Part shown: piece by piece, positions 1-11,626 of the stretch | Layout: each line of letters starts with the position of its first letter | How positions within the stretch are numbered: position 1 is the stretch's first letter | From: Eledone cirrhosa | Lineage: Eukaryota | Assembly (NCBI GenBank): GCA_964016885.1 | Contig: OZ024745.1 | Span: 131,874,001-131,938,000, forward strand | Length of the DNA stretch: 64,000 bases | Direction: 5' to 3' | Program-made: the position numbers and the translations under genes | The notes under the pieces: model-generated | Database searches by the model: none | The model's input: the letters and a program-made list of their open reading frames with translations, nothing else | What the model was told of the DNA's origin: nothing

Positions 1-1015
1 ATCAATATTTCAGCTAAACTCAGTAGGTATACACATATAGTATGGAGTTTATTCTTAAAGTACAATAACTATTCTTCTAAGTTTCAACACTTTCTTTGAA
101 AGTTGCTTTCTCTTTGAAATTAGCAATAATTAGAATGCCATCGAAAAGTCACTTAAACCTGTTTAATTAATGCTGCAATATTCTGTTCCTTTCCATGTTT
201 TTCCTTTTATATTGTTAAAAAAAACAACAAATTGTAGTAAGGCTGATCATTTTCCATTAATGATAATTATCTAGGAGACAGGCATAATATCGAGGTGAGG
301 ATGTTGTGGAAACTTCAAAGCAGCCATAATTAATGAACGAAGCACAAAATAGCAAATTGGAAAAAAAAATAAAAATAAAAGGAAAGAAAAAGAAAAAAGA
401 AAGCAAAATAACCCCCCCACCCACACAATATATATTTTTCATGAAATCTTATTAATTTCAATGAAGCATGACATCAATATCTTTGTGTTGCAATCAAATA
501 GTTACAGAAGTTGAAGAAGCTTTGTGCTATTACATGCCTTTCTTCATAATTTTCTCCTCCATTTTGTTGTTCTTGTGGCTCTTTTGGATTCATTTTCCCA
601 TTCTAAAAGAGGTGGGACAGATTTTGTAAATTTATAATTTACATATTGTTTGTTAGATAATGGGATCATTGATTTCTTTATTCTATTTCTTTTATAGCTG
701 GATGTTCTCACTATCACTCAAGCACTGAATTATGAAGTATGCATAACACCACTTTTTGTCAGCCAAATAGACTGAGGTTAAATGAAGTGTTGCTATTTTT
801 TTAGCTCCCAAATCAGCCCTGGTTGAGCAGACTTATTAGAAGCATTCCAGTTGGTGCACCTTGTAGTGTCAACGCATGTAAGCAAGATGAGCTCCCCCAC
901 CGCCTCATCTGAGAGGTCAGTATCACTGATTAAGTACTGACATGGCTGGTGATGATGTCTCCATCCCTTGTTGGAGAAATCAATGCTAAACAATGATGTT
1001 ATTGTTATACATATA

Positions 1016-1305
1016 TGGCTATGTGGTTGAGTTCCCTTCCACAATGTGGCTCCTTGGCTAAGTGTCTTCTACTATAGCCTTGGGTTGCTCAATGCTTTGC
1101 ATGTGGAATTTGGTAGATAGAAACTACATGGAAGCCCATCATGCGTGAGTGTTTAATGTTTGTTTTTCTCTCATAACTTAGCAGTTTGACAAAAAAGATC
1201 AATAAAATAAGTACTACAGTTGAAAAAATATGTACTTGAGTGAGATATCGACTAAATTAAATTCCCTCAAGATGATGCCCAACATGGCTACAGAATAATG
1301 ACAAA
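1016..1305 (+). mobile_element. Degenerate tRNA-derived SINE (dispersed family)
   Basis: Decayed head ggctatgtggttgag, then ccttggctaagtgtcttctactatagcc...gtggaatttggtagatagaaact. Related inverted fragments lie near 5895-6030 and 40910-41030. Confidence 0.5.
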
Positions 1306-1633
1306 CAAATATGAGAATATATGCATACATATATAATGTAACTTGATAGGGGACGTTCAACAAAATTGATGTGGTATAGTTTGGACTCATGACCTTTATG
1401 TTGCTATAGTCACCATCTCAGTAACATAATGTCAAACTGATGATGATTTCTGTATAAAGAAGCGAAAGAAAAAGATTAAGAATATAAAAGAAGAGGAGAT
1501 AAAGTAAACATAGGTGGAAAGGATAAACAAAACATCTATTGTGATAGACTTAATCCATTGCTTGGTTTAAAACCACCACCTGGTCATTGAGTGTCATTAA
1601 CAAAGTTCACTTTGTTGCAATTACTTGGGCCAA

Positions 1634-1987
1634 ATCTCTAGTTTGACAATAACTTTCTCTCTTCCACCAACCAATGTCAAGTCAGATCTCTAGTTTGACA
1701 ATAACTTTCTCTCTTCCACCAACCAATGTCAAGTCAGATATCTAGTTTGACAATAACTTTCTCTCTTCCACCAACCAATGTCAAGCCAGATATCTAGTTT
1801 GACAATAACTTTCTCTCTTCCACCAACCAATGTCAAGCCAGATCTCTAGTTTGACAATAACTTTCTCTCTTCCACCAACCAATGTCAAGTCAGATCTCTA
1901 GTTTGACAATAACTTTCTCTCTTCCACCAACCAATGTCAAGCCAGATCTCTAGTTTGACAATAACTTTCTCTCTTCCTCCAACCAAT
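1634..1987. repeat. 52-bp minisatellite, about 6.8 copies
   Basis: Unit atctctagtttgacaataactttctctcttccaccaaccaatgtcaagtcag recurs at 1634, 1686, 1738 and onward. Confidence 0.97.
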
Positions 1988-3941
1988 CTCAGAGACTCTA
2001 AAGTGTCATGGGTAATACCTTTTTCATCCCAATTAAAAAAAATTACCCTTTTTTCTTTAAAAAAATGTTATGGTGTTATTTGAGGAAAATTTGACAGTTT
2101 GTCTAGTTGTCTTGTTTCCAGTTAGTCTTGCCACAAGTCGTCTCTAATTTTTGTTTTACCTGCTTTTTATTATTAGTGAACTGGGAAAAAGTTTGCACCT
2201 TGTCTAGTAGACATTCTGATGTTAATGATATGATATACTAAGTTGTAGACTGAGTTTTCAGAATAGTTGACACCTTATCCACTTAGGTTTTGTGACCCAT
2301 CAGAAATAGATATATCAATAATTGAACTAATGCTGGTATGTATTAGTATGGAAGCACTTCAAATGATTATTTACTTGAGGAAGTACTTGGAGATTACCAA
2401 AGGCTTGTTGGAAATAGGCAGCTGAGAGATGCAGACAAAACCCAATTATCTTGAAGAATATTTAGAACACAAATAATTTGTTTCTCTGGAAGAATAAGTT
2501 GGTGTATATTGCAAACGTGAGAAGAAGAAATGGTAACATCTGGAGAAAAATAATGCTTAATTGTGTCATATTTTAAATAAACCCTGGCTGAATTAATTCT
2601 AGCAAAATAAAGGAATTTTCATGTTTCCTATTTTTCAATGAGGGTTTTCCTATTTTTGTCTTTTATTGGTATTTTGCCAAATGGCAAAGACAAACGTTTA
2701 TTTATTTGTTTATTTTATTTCTTGTTTTCTTTTGATTCCACTTTATATTTAAAGACTTCTGTTATACATATTGTAAATTATAGTTTAAATTGATTTTGAC
2801 AAGGCACAGGGCCAATGTTTGTAAGAGGTGGTGTATAGTCATTTAAATTGACTTCAGTGGTTCTCTGGCATTCATTTTGTAGGCTACAGAGGATGAAAAG
2901 CAAAGTCCACTTTAAGAGATGTTTAAGCTTGCATTCTAACAAGTCCTAATTATTATTTTTCTTTGTATATCATAAGTGTAAATATGAAGTTTCCTAGACA
3001 CTGACACATTTACTTAAATGAATACTAGAATAAAACTAATGCACAATTTCAAATGAGAAATGGTGAGTAATTTGAATAGAAGATTTATCCAACCAACTGA
3101 TCTCAATTACTGGAATTGAACCTACTTAAACTATATGAGTGTTTTATAAAGATGTCAGCCAGATTAGCGAGACATTAGCTAGCTTGCCAGCTAGTTGATC
3201 CCAATTGTCTTTAGGAATATTTTTGTTTTGTTTTCAATCAATATTGTTTTATTTTCTGTTGGTTCATTAATTTTCTTTCACTATTAACTTGATTAATGGG
3301 TAATTCTGGAACAATATTTACCATTCTTATTAGAATGTAGATTTAGAAACAAGAATTGAAATTATCCAAGCATTTAATAGTCAGATAGGTGTTAGTAAAG
3401 TAAAAATGAAAAGAAGTAATATAGACATGAATCATGTGTATTAACATTGTCTAGGAGATCTCAGATAAACCTTTACTGAATTTCATTGAAAGTATCATTG
3501 CCAATGTCATTGTGGTCATCATTTATTTTACGTCCACTTTTCCCTGTGAACATGGGTTGGGCGAAAACGTTGAGGCAGAATTCTACATACAGAAATCCTT
3601 CCTGACCCCAACATCTACTTATGTTCAAGTATGGTACTTATTTCACTACGTTTCACCTGTTGTACTATTTATTGAGCTGCAGGATATATTACTTATGTGG
3701 GCCATAAAGAGATGTCACTGCTTGCTTACACACGCACACACACACACACATATATATATAGTTTCAGAAGATCCCGTTAAGGGTGAAAGCAGTGATTCTT
3801 TACTTAAACTTTAATCTGTTATTTTAATAAATATTTGCTGTAGGGTTCTTATATATTTGATATATATTTATCCTTATCGAGCCCTCTTGGATTTTAGTCT
3901 TCACATTTATTATTATTACTATATATATATATATATATATA

Positions 3942-4323
3942 TAGAAAGGATGAATATAAAATGAAAGTGCTTTTGTTAAAAAAGGAATTTATTAGGTATT
4001 GACATACGTTTCTGTAACAGACCGAATACCTATGTATCGCTGCTTGCGTAATCATATAATGTTAGCAAGTATTCGATAGCAAATGTATAATCAGTTGTCA
4101 CTTCTTCAGAGATTTTGGATAAACTGGATAAACTGACCCAGTTTATCCAAAATCTCTGAAGAAGTGACAACTGATTATACATTTGCTATCGAATACTTGC
4201 TAACATTATATGATTACGCAAGCAGCGATACATAGGTATTCGGTCTGTTACAGAAACATATGTCAATACCTAATAAATTCCTTTTTTAACAAAAGCACTT
4301 TCATTTTATATTCATCCTTTCTA
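3942..4323. repeat. Near-perfect inverted repeat with 186-bp arms and a 10-bp spacer (probable Penelope-like element inverted terminus)
   Basis: 3942-4127 is the reverse complement of 4138-4323 with one mismatch seen (gacatacg vs catatgtc). The spacer is ataaactgac. (TA)n lies on both sides. Confidence 0.95.
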
Positions 4324-4425
4324 CATTTTCTCCGGAATATAATTTATACTCGTTGAGCAAACCTGCACGTACGCTGTTCATCTCTAACGTAACGATATAT
4401 TATCACTACATTATTGATAACCTGA

Positions 4426-4462
<37 letters not shown>

Positions 4463-4568
4463 CAGGGTGCTGCAAAAGTAGATATATAATGATGAAAAAC
4501 AAAATGTATTTTATTCATTATACATACTGGTATAATCCTGACTGTATAACTAATTTTGCAGCCCTCTG
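4463..4568. mobile_element. Tc1/mariner-type MITE (106 bp)
   Basis: TA|cagggtgctgcaaaagtagatata ... tataactaattttgcagccctctg|TA gives about 20/24 TIR match with a TA target duplication, inside (TA)n. Confidence 0.7.
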
Positions 4569-4569
4569 T

Positions 4570-4648
<79 letters not shown>

Positions 4649-5098
4649 TATATTTTGAGTTATGACATGGTTTTTGTGGCTAGGTGCCCTTCCAATCACC
4701 AGCCATCTCAACAGCAGAAACTGGGTATAACCAGGACCCAAGAGCTCTCTCTACCATGTATCAATTTTTATTTAGAGCGACTGCTGTCCTATGAGGGTTT
4801 GCTTTGTTGCAGCTTACTGAGTCCATGTCTACCCCATGCAGTTTTGTTTATTCATAGAAAGTGTCCTTCAAAGTAGCTTGCTGGGACCAAGTCAGCTATG
4901 AGGTTACATATACATGTTTGTACACACTAATTATACAGTTATAGTACATACCTGTATTTTCATACCTGTATTTATATTACTTATGCTATTATAATTAATC
5001 AACTAAGTAAATTAGGACACAGTTGTGATTATAACTAATACATATCACATGGAGAGGAAATGGAAGACGACATTCAGGAAAAGGGCAATGAGCTGCTG

Positions 5099-5263
5099 TG
5101 TGACTTGTCTAAATGTGGCCAGGTATTGTCATAGCAACATTGTGACTTGTCTACATGTGGCCAGGTATTGTCATAGCAACACTGTGACTTGTCTACATGT
5201 GGCTAGGTATTGTCATAGCAACACTGACTTGTCTACATGTGGCCAGGTATTGTCATAGCAACA
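5099..5263. repeat. 42-bp minisatellite, about 4 copies
   Basis: Unit tgtgacttgtctacatgtggccaggtattgtcatagcaacac. Confidence 0.95.
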
Positions 5264-5599
5264 TTTTTGGAGATAATTATTTTGTTAAATAAAACTTATT
5301 TTATTTGTCAATGTAGCATAACATAGACAACTATTTCAATAAATAGAATGAAGAATAAAATAAACTTCACTTTTCCAAGTTATCGTTTGCTTTCAAATGT
5401 TCAAATATATCCAACTGCTAGTGCTTCTTAACAGCATGTGGCTATGTATTTTCTTGTCAAAGCAACTCTTTCTTGATAACTATGTTGTTGTTTAATTCTT
5501 ATTTTTCTTGTCAATGTAACATAGTTTAACAATTCTTTCTTGACAACAATCTTATTAAATTAAACATGGAAAGTAGATGAAAGATGAAGCAAGGAGGCG

Positions 5600-5890
5600 T
5601 GAAAGAAAAAACTAAGTATACAACTATGACAGATTAGATGTTACAAGTAGAAAAGTAGATTGGTATGGACACATAACGTGTATAGATGGTGATTGTTGGG
5701 GGTGAAGAAGTACTGAGAGATCCAAGTGGAAGGAAGCTGGAGAAGAGGAACACCTTTAGGAAAACCTAGGCTGAAGTGGGGAGAGCTGATCTCAAAGGAA
5801 ATGATGAAGGGATGCAGAAGGGGGTCTATGCTGGTGAAGATCTGTCCACCGTATGCAAGTATGAAAAGAAGGACGTATGATGATAATGGA
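5600..5890 (+). mobile_element. RTE-clade LINE 3' relic
   Basis: Degenerate WYGHI...VEGSWRRG...EVGRADL coding remnants, followed by a tgcaagtatgaaaagaaggacgt(atg)n tail. Confidence 0.6.
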
Positions 5891-6820
5891 ATTCTACAAA
5901 GTTAGCAAATTCACTCACAAGACATTGGGCAGCCCAAAGTTATAGTAAAAGATACTTGTTGAAGGAGTCATGCAATGCAATCATAACAAGAAGTACATGG
6001 CTGTGAATCGATATAACATACACACAGACATAGTTGTACCTCAAAGTGTGATAAAGAGAATTCTAGGTCATGCTTAAATATGATGCAAATCAAATTGTAA
6101 TAAATACATTAGTTGAACAACTATCTCTTTTGAAGAAATATAATTTCATTGAACTTGCATATTAGAGGTCTGACATGATACCTTCTTCAAAGTGAGAATA
6201 GAGGAGTATAAAGGATTCCCTGAATAAATGATGCAAGGATAATAACAAAAAAATGTTCAAGACAAGCTTACCAATGTTATAAGGTCACGTTTTACTGAAA
6301 ACATTCAATAGCAAACATAATGAAAATAGAAATATGAAACCATACAAATAAACATAAAACCTCCCGGAAAATTGGAGAAAATATACATCTATTAGACATC
6401 TACGTATTATATTTCTATAAATATGCTTTTTTAAAAAAGTATTTTGTCATAACATTATTTTCATGGAGTTGGTGTATATGGGTGAGATAATGGCACTCTG
6501 TAGACAGGTTACATGTTAGTTACTATTAAGAAATTATGTTTTGAAATTTAATAAAACTAGATGAAAAAAAGCAAAAACAAAAAAATAACGAGACCTATCT
6601 ATCTTTTTATCACTATATCTGCATGTGTGTGTGTGTGAAAAATGAGTGATGAGAAATGCTTTAGCCAGGAATTAGAGATGAAGCTTACTACCACTCTATC
6701 ATACACGCACAAAAAAAGACATACAAATATGTCATGCAATCATACATACACACACACATATATTTATATAAATATATATATACATAGAACTATATATGCA
6801 CATTTGCTCATATATATATA

Positions 6821-7166
6821 TCATTTCATCATCATCATTTCATTTTACGTCTGCTTTTTCCCTGCTTGCAAGGGTGGGACGGGAACTGATTCTGGCTTGA
6901 TTTCTACAGCTGGATGCCCTTCCTAACACCAACCTCATTTACAGTGAGTGCTGGGTGCTTTTTTGCTGTGGCACCTCCACGACCACTTTGCAGTGGAATG
7001 ATAGGGGCCCCAGTCCCTATCATCTCATTTCTACAGCTGAGTAAACTGGAGCAATGTGAAATAAAGTGCCTTGCTCAAGGAAACAACATATCACCTGGTC
7101 TGAGAATTGAACTCACAACCTTTCGATTGCAAGGCCAATGCTCTAACCACTAAGCCATGTGCCTCC
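6821..7166 (-). mobile_element. Full-length composite SINE: tRNA head, CORE-like domain and RTE-type tail (family B)
   Basis: Minus strand has A-box tggcttagtggttag, B-box gagttcaattc, CORE-like tccttgagcaaggcactttatttc, then ggaagggcatccagc and an (atg)n tail. A close paralogue is at 33747-34088. Confidence 0.88.
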
Positions 7167-7437
7167 ATATATATAGTGAAAAAAGTGTGGACATCAGAAA
7201 ACATTCTATACAGATCACCTTATATAAGGAAAATGATGATAAAAAGGGTTCAAAAAGCACACCTGGTATACAAAAAGAAAAAAGGATCTTTATAACATGT
7301 AAAAAAATTGGTGTTAGCAGAGCTTCCTTTCTCCGTTTTGGATCTTCTGAAGCAACCCAAACCAATGTGGTAAAAAATCAGCATGTGGGAGTTTTAACGA
7401 AAAAATAATTTAACCTAATAACAAATGGTTTGAAGAT

Positions 7438-7610
7438 CAGCATAGAGTTCCAGTCCTTTACATTCTGAGTTCAAATCCTGCCAAAGTTAGCTTTGTATTT
7501 CATCCTTACGGGATCGATAAAATAAAGTACCAGTAATACACTGGGGTCAATTTAATCAACATTCTCCTTCCCCAAAATTGCTGGTCTTGTGCCTAAATCA
7601 GAAACATAAT
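7438..7610 (+). mobile_element. tRNA-derived SINE with Meta-like central domain (family A), 5' truncated
   Basis: B-box gagttcaaatcc, then tttcatccttacgggatcgataaaataaagtaccag, then tail gctggtcttgtgcctaaatcagaaac. Confidence 0.85.
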
Positions 7611-7611
7611 C

Positions 7612-7775
7612 ATCGTCACCATCACCGTTTAACATCCATTTTTCCATGCGAGCATGGGTTAAACGAGTTGTCCTGTTGTGAGACAAGCCAGATCAGATGA
7701 CCATGTCTTGCTCATACAGAACTGTTTCTGGATTGGTTTCTATGGCTGGATGCCATTCTTAAAGCCAACCACATT
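7612..7775 (-). mobile_element. RTE-tailed non-autonomous retroelement fragment
   Basis: Reverse complement contains ggcatccagccatagaaac and acccatgctcgcatggaaaaatggatgttaaacggtgatg. The same tail occurs at 33075-33255 and 52735-52996. Confidence 0.65.
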
Positions 7776-7796
7776 ACCATTATTTTTATTGTTATC

Positions 7797-7983
7797 ATTT
7801 GGCAGTATCAGTAGAGTGTCAGACATCATGCTTTTCTGCATAGAGTTATGGCCCTTTATGTCCTTAGTACAAATCTGCCGAGGTTAACTTTGCCTTTCAT
7901 CCTTACGGGGTTGATAAAATAAAGCACCAGTAATACACTGGGTAATTGCTGGCCTTGTGCCAAAAGTAGAAATATTATTATTA
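7797..7983 (+). mobile_element. SINE family A
   Basis: Head ttggcagtatcagtagag, Meta-like ggttaactttgcctttcatccttacggggttgataaaat, and an (att)n tail. Confidence 0.85.
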
Positions 7984-9290
7984 CAAACTTATACAAATGA
8001 CTTGAGAGCCAAGTGTTTCCGCACATGTATTGTTTTGTTTCTCCCGTTTATGCATGCACACATACATGCATATATATATATATATATATATATGTGCACA
8101 CATATAAATATTTATATCTCATTACTCAATGTAAAGATAACCCTTTAGTTGCCAAACCGATCTGGTACTGTGAAATAAAACCACCCGTTTTATTGATGTT
8201 AAATTGATGGTCACCACCAACTGGGGACTCCTGTACTAGCTGTTTAGTACAACTATTCATTTTGTTACTTTTAGAACTGTAATATTTAATTTAATATAAA
8301 CTGCCATTTACATTCCCACTGGCTGATGTATGGGGGGAGGGATTGTGAGAGTGGACAGAGGAGTCAAAGTAAATTATGCACATACACACACATCCATATA
8401 AACACATACAAAAACTCCCCCACACACAAACACACACACATACAAACACACACATGGAGTTATGAAGGAGATTCTATGAGAAGTTATTATTTTGTTTGAG
8501 ATTTCATTAGATATTAAAATTGTTATAATTCTGCCCACGTTTCAGATTCTGGCAATTTGGCAGTGTTGGCATGAATTGAGAATTGTGGATATAATAATTC
8601 CTTCGGGAATGTGGTGTTTTAGATGTATGTTTATGATTCAGTCTTCAGGCTTTTCAGTTTTCTCATTTCCTCATTGACAAAGTTTCTTTCTTGTGAAGCT
8701 TTTGGGGACTGATTTTCCGAAAATCTACCAGCATCCCAGCATGAAACTCACACACATATAAAAACTACATATTCCTTGAAATACAAGTTAACAAACTATA
8801 GAATATAGGAAGTGATATTACTTCCATATTAAAGTTTCCAGTAAGGATCTTGACTAGTCTCTAGTTCCATAACTCTTGAGAGTGGCGCCATATTGACATA
8901 CAATGTTTCTAAGACATTTTTTTGAAACCTGGCAGAGCCCATCTCCTCTCTAGGTTTGAATACAGCAGATTTCTTCCAGAGAAGGAATCAGAGAGTGAGA
9001 AAATGGAAGAGGGAAAAATATATAAAAGAAGAAATGACCCCAGTACTTGACTGGTATTTTTTTTATCGACCTCGAAAGGATGAAAAGTAAAGTCAACCTC
9101 CTATGTAAAATTAGCTGATTATAAAAAAAGAAAGAAAAATAGGTTAAAACAAAATGACCAGACACAATTAAAATTAAATTCCTTTGTAAAGTAATTTAAA
9201 TGTCAGCATTAACTAAACATGTCGAAACCTTTAAGAAGAACTTTGCCACTAAAACAACACACCAAACTGATATGCATCATACACAATATA

Positions 9291-9399
9291 TAATTGTTTC
9301 TACTTTTGGCACAAGGCTAACAATTATCCCAGTGCATTACTGGTACTTTATTTTATCGACCCTGTAAGGGTGAAAGGCAAAGTTAACCTCGGCAGGATT
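9291..9399 (-). mobile_element. SINE family A, 5' truncated
   Basis: Reverse complement of the family A 3' half (ctggtactttattttatcgaccctgtaagggtgaaaggcaaagttaacctcgg). Confidence 0.8.
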
Positions 9400-9778
9400 A
9401 TTATAACACAAGTTGCATGTAACACAAATAACCTAAAAACCAATAAACCCCATCATGGAACTAAAAGCTTTATCAACCAGCACTAACAGAGCAACATACT
9501 ATCGTGTCTCAACCATTTAACAACTCTTACAATCGAAATATTAGTCTAGGTATTCAACAAAATAAAGGATGGTTACTTAAGATAATTTACTGAACAATGA
9601 TATCACATTAATTGGAAAATGTGTTTTTCTTTTCCTTTATTTTGAAATATTTTTTAAAAAGAAAGCAGCATTGGAAAGGACTATAAATGCCATAAATGAG
9701 AGGAAAAGGAGGGGAAGAGTAAGGTCTAATAGAGAAAGAGAGGGGGAAGGGAAGAGGGTGACAGACTCTATACCTAGG

Positions 9779-9955
9779 TCAGAGCAGTGTTTTCAAAATG
9801 GCAAAGGCATTTCCGTGGACAACAGCCAGCTACATCAATCATCCCACCTTGTGGGGCTCCTTACTGTCCTCTGCATTGCAAGCCATGGTACCAGGGTTTG
9901 TGACTGAAGTGAAGAACACGTCACTGCATATCACGTCCCAGATGAGAGATTTACC
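9779..9955 (-). mobile_element. CRE-clade-like (RLE) non-LTR retrotransposon C-terminal relic
   Basis: Minus strand translates GKSLIWDVICSDVF...PGTMACNAEDSK and, after a break, LAVVHGNAFAILKTLL*. This matches GKxLxWDxTCxD...AExxK...AVQRGNAxxIL, which I recall as the CRE restriction-like endonuclease end. Confidence 0.65.
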
Positions 9956-10939
9956 TAAATAAGTGTGTATGCAAAAAATTAGAGTATATTGCATTATCAG
10001 CTTACATGTTTTCAGTTCAAATATTCGGATGTTTCATGTGTGTACAGTGTGTATAACTATAAACACATTAGAAAATGCTACTGCAATAAACTTGCATTCA
10101 ATTCAAGAGAAAATCTATATTTGTGTTAAAACTAAGCAGTAGCTGCCCTTATGATCGTTATCCCCACCATGGAGTTCCTGAAGCATTTACAATTTACAAT
10201 AACACTTTAACTGCTCCTTAATTATACTATTGAAGAATTAATCTACTTCAAAACAATTCTTCTTTGGTAACTGTTATTGAAAAACTGTTTTCTTTAATTT
10301 CATGTAAACACAGCTACTAGTTGTCACCTGATGCAATTACTTCCATACAGCTGGCTTATTTTAGTTTCTATTGTTGACAAGCTATTAAGTGGTTCTTAAT
10401 AATCAGTAACTCTCTGCAGTTTTTTGACAAATAATACCAATGTGACAATCAGATAAGAACTGGAGTTTATTACACATGTTTATGAAGTTTAGCTTTTCCC
10501 GCCATTTCTAGTTATAAAACACAAATATACTAAGTTCCCTTTCCGCACTCACATGGCACAGTATATGTCACCACTTATTCTTATTATGGAAATGCAGCCA
10601 TTTTGTCTCAATGCATCAATTTAGATAACTGCACCCTAAATTGCTGCACTCTATGGTAGTCATTATTCCAATGAAGAAATCATGGGAAAAGAAGGAAAAT
10701 AATTTAACAAACCTTTCCTTCATGGCATTTCTGAAAAGATCATTAAGATATCAGTTTCTTTCCTTTCTTAAAGGAATCGAAGAAGAAGAAGAAAGAGATA
10801 GTTCCTATGACAGATCAACTCTAATTGGCTCTATAAACCAATATATGCACTAAGGTAGTTTAAAAGTAGAATCCAATAACAGTTGAAATGGTGTGTGTGA
10901 GATAGGTAGGAATCGTATTAAAATTATAAGTCTTTTGCA

Positions 10940-11186
10940 CTCACCTGGCATCGGACAGATGCTGTGTTCTATTCCTTGTAGGCACCTCTTTCTATCTCTG
11001 CTTCTTCAAGTTGAGGGCGGAGGTAGGTAGGTGGGTTAGCCATTCCACTGAGTGGGAAGGCAGATTCCTTGTATTACAGAATATTGCCAGTTTTCTTAGT
11101 TCTGGGTCATCTCCTTTATGAGGTTCAGCTGCATGGCCTACCTACACATACTTGAGGGATCTACACATAAAGATGTTGATGACCAC
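10940..11186 (-). mobile_element. RTE-clade LINE 3' relic
   Basis: Minus-strand remnants (W>*)VGHAA and DRKR(C) resemble RTE C-termini. It probably continues beyond the 28-bp array. Confidence 0.45.
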
Positions 11187-11626
11187 TATGTGATATCTTG
11201 TGAAAGGTCTTCAGTATGTGATATCTTGTGAAAGGTCTTCAGTATGTGATATCTTGTGAAAGACCTTCAGTATGTGATATCTTGTGAAAGGCCTTCAGTA
11301 TGTGATATCTTGTGAAAGGCCTTCAGTATGTGATATCTTGTGAAAGGCCTTCAGTGTGTGATATCTTGTGAAAGGTCTTCAGTATGTCATATCTTGTGAA
11401 AGGCCTTCAGTGTGTGATATCTTGTGAAAGGCCTTCAGTGTGTGATATCTTGTGAAAGGCCTTCAGTATGTGATATCTTGTGAAAGGCCTTCAGTGTGTG
11501 ATATCTTGTGAAAGGCCTTCAGTGTGTGATATCTTGTGAAAGGCCTTCAGTATGTGATATCTTGTGAAAGGCCTTCAGTGTGTGATATCTTGTGAAAGGC
11601 CTTCAGTATGTGATATCTTGTGAAAG
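11187..11626. repeat. 28-bp minisatellite, about 15.7 copies
   Basis: Unit tatgtgatatcttgtgaaaggccttcag. Confidence 0.97.

Noticed and set aside
1634-1987. TTGACA in each 52-bp unit as a bacterial -35 box or iteron
   Set aside because: Eukaryotic repeat context with no properly spaced -10 box. It is half of a short ttgaca/tgtcaa inverted pair.
7090-7166. tRNA gene on the minus strand (also near 34010, 46990 and 59840)
   Set aside because: A and B boxes are present, but the sequence runs into the SINE body and lacks a proper acceptor stem. These are SINE heads.
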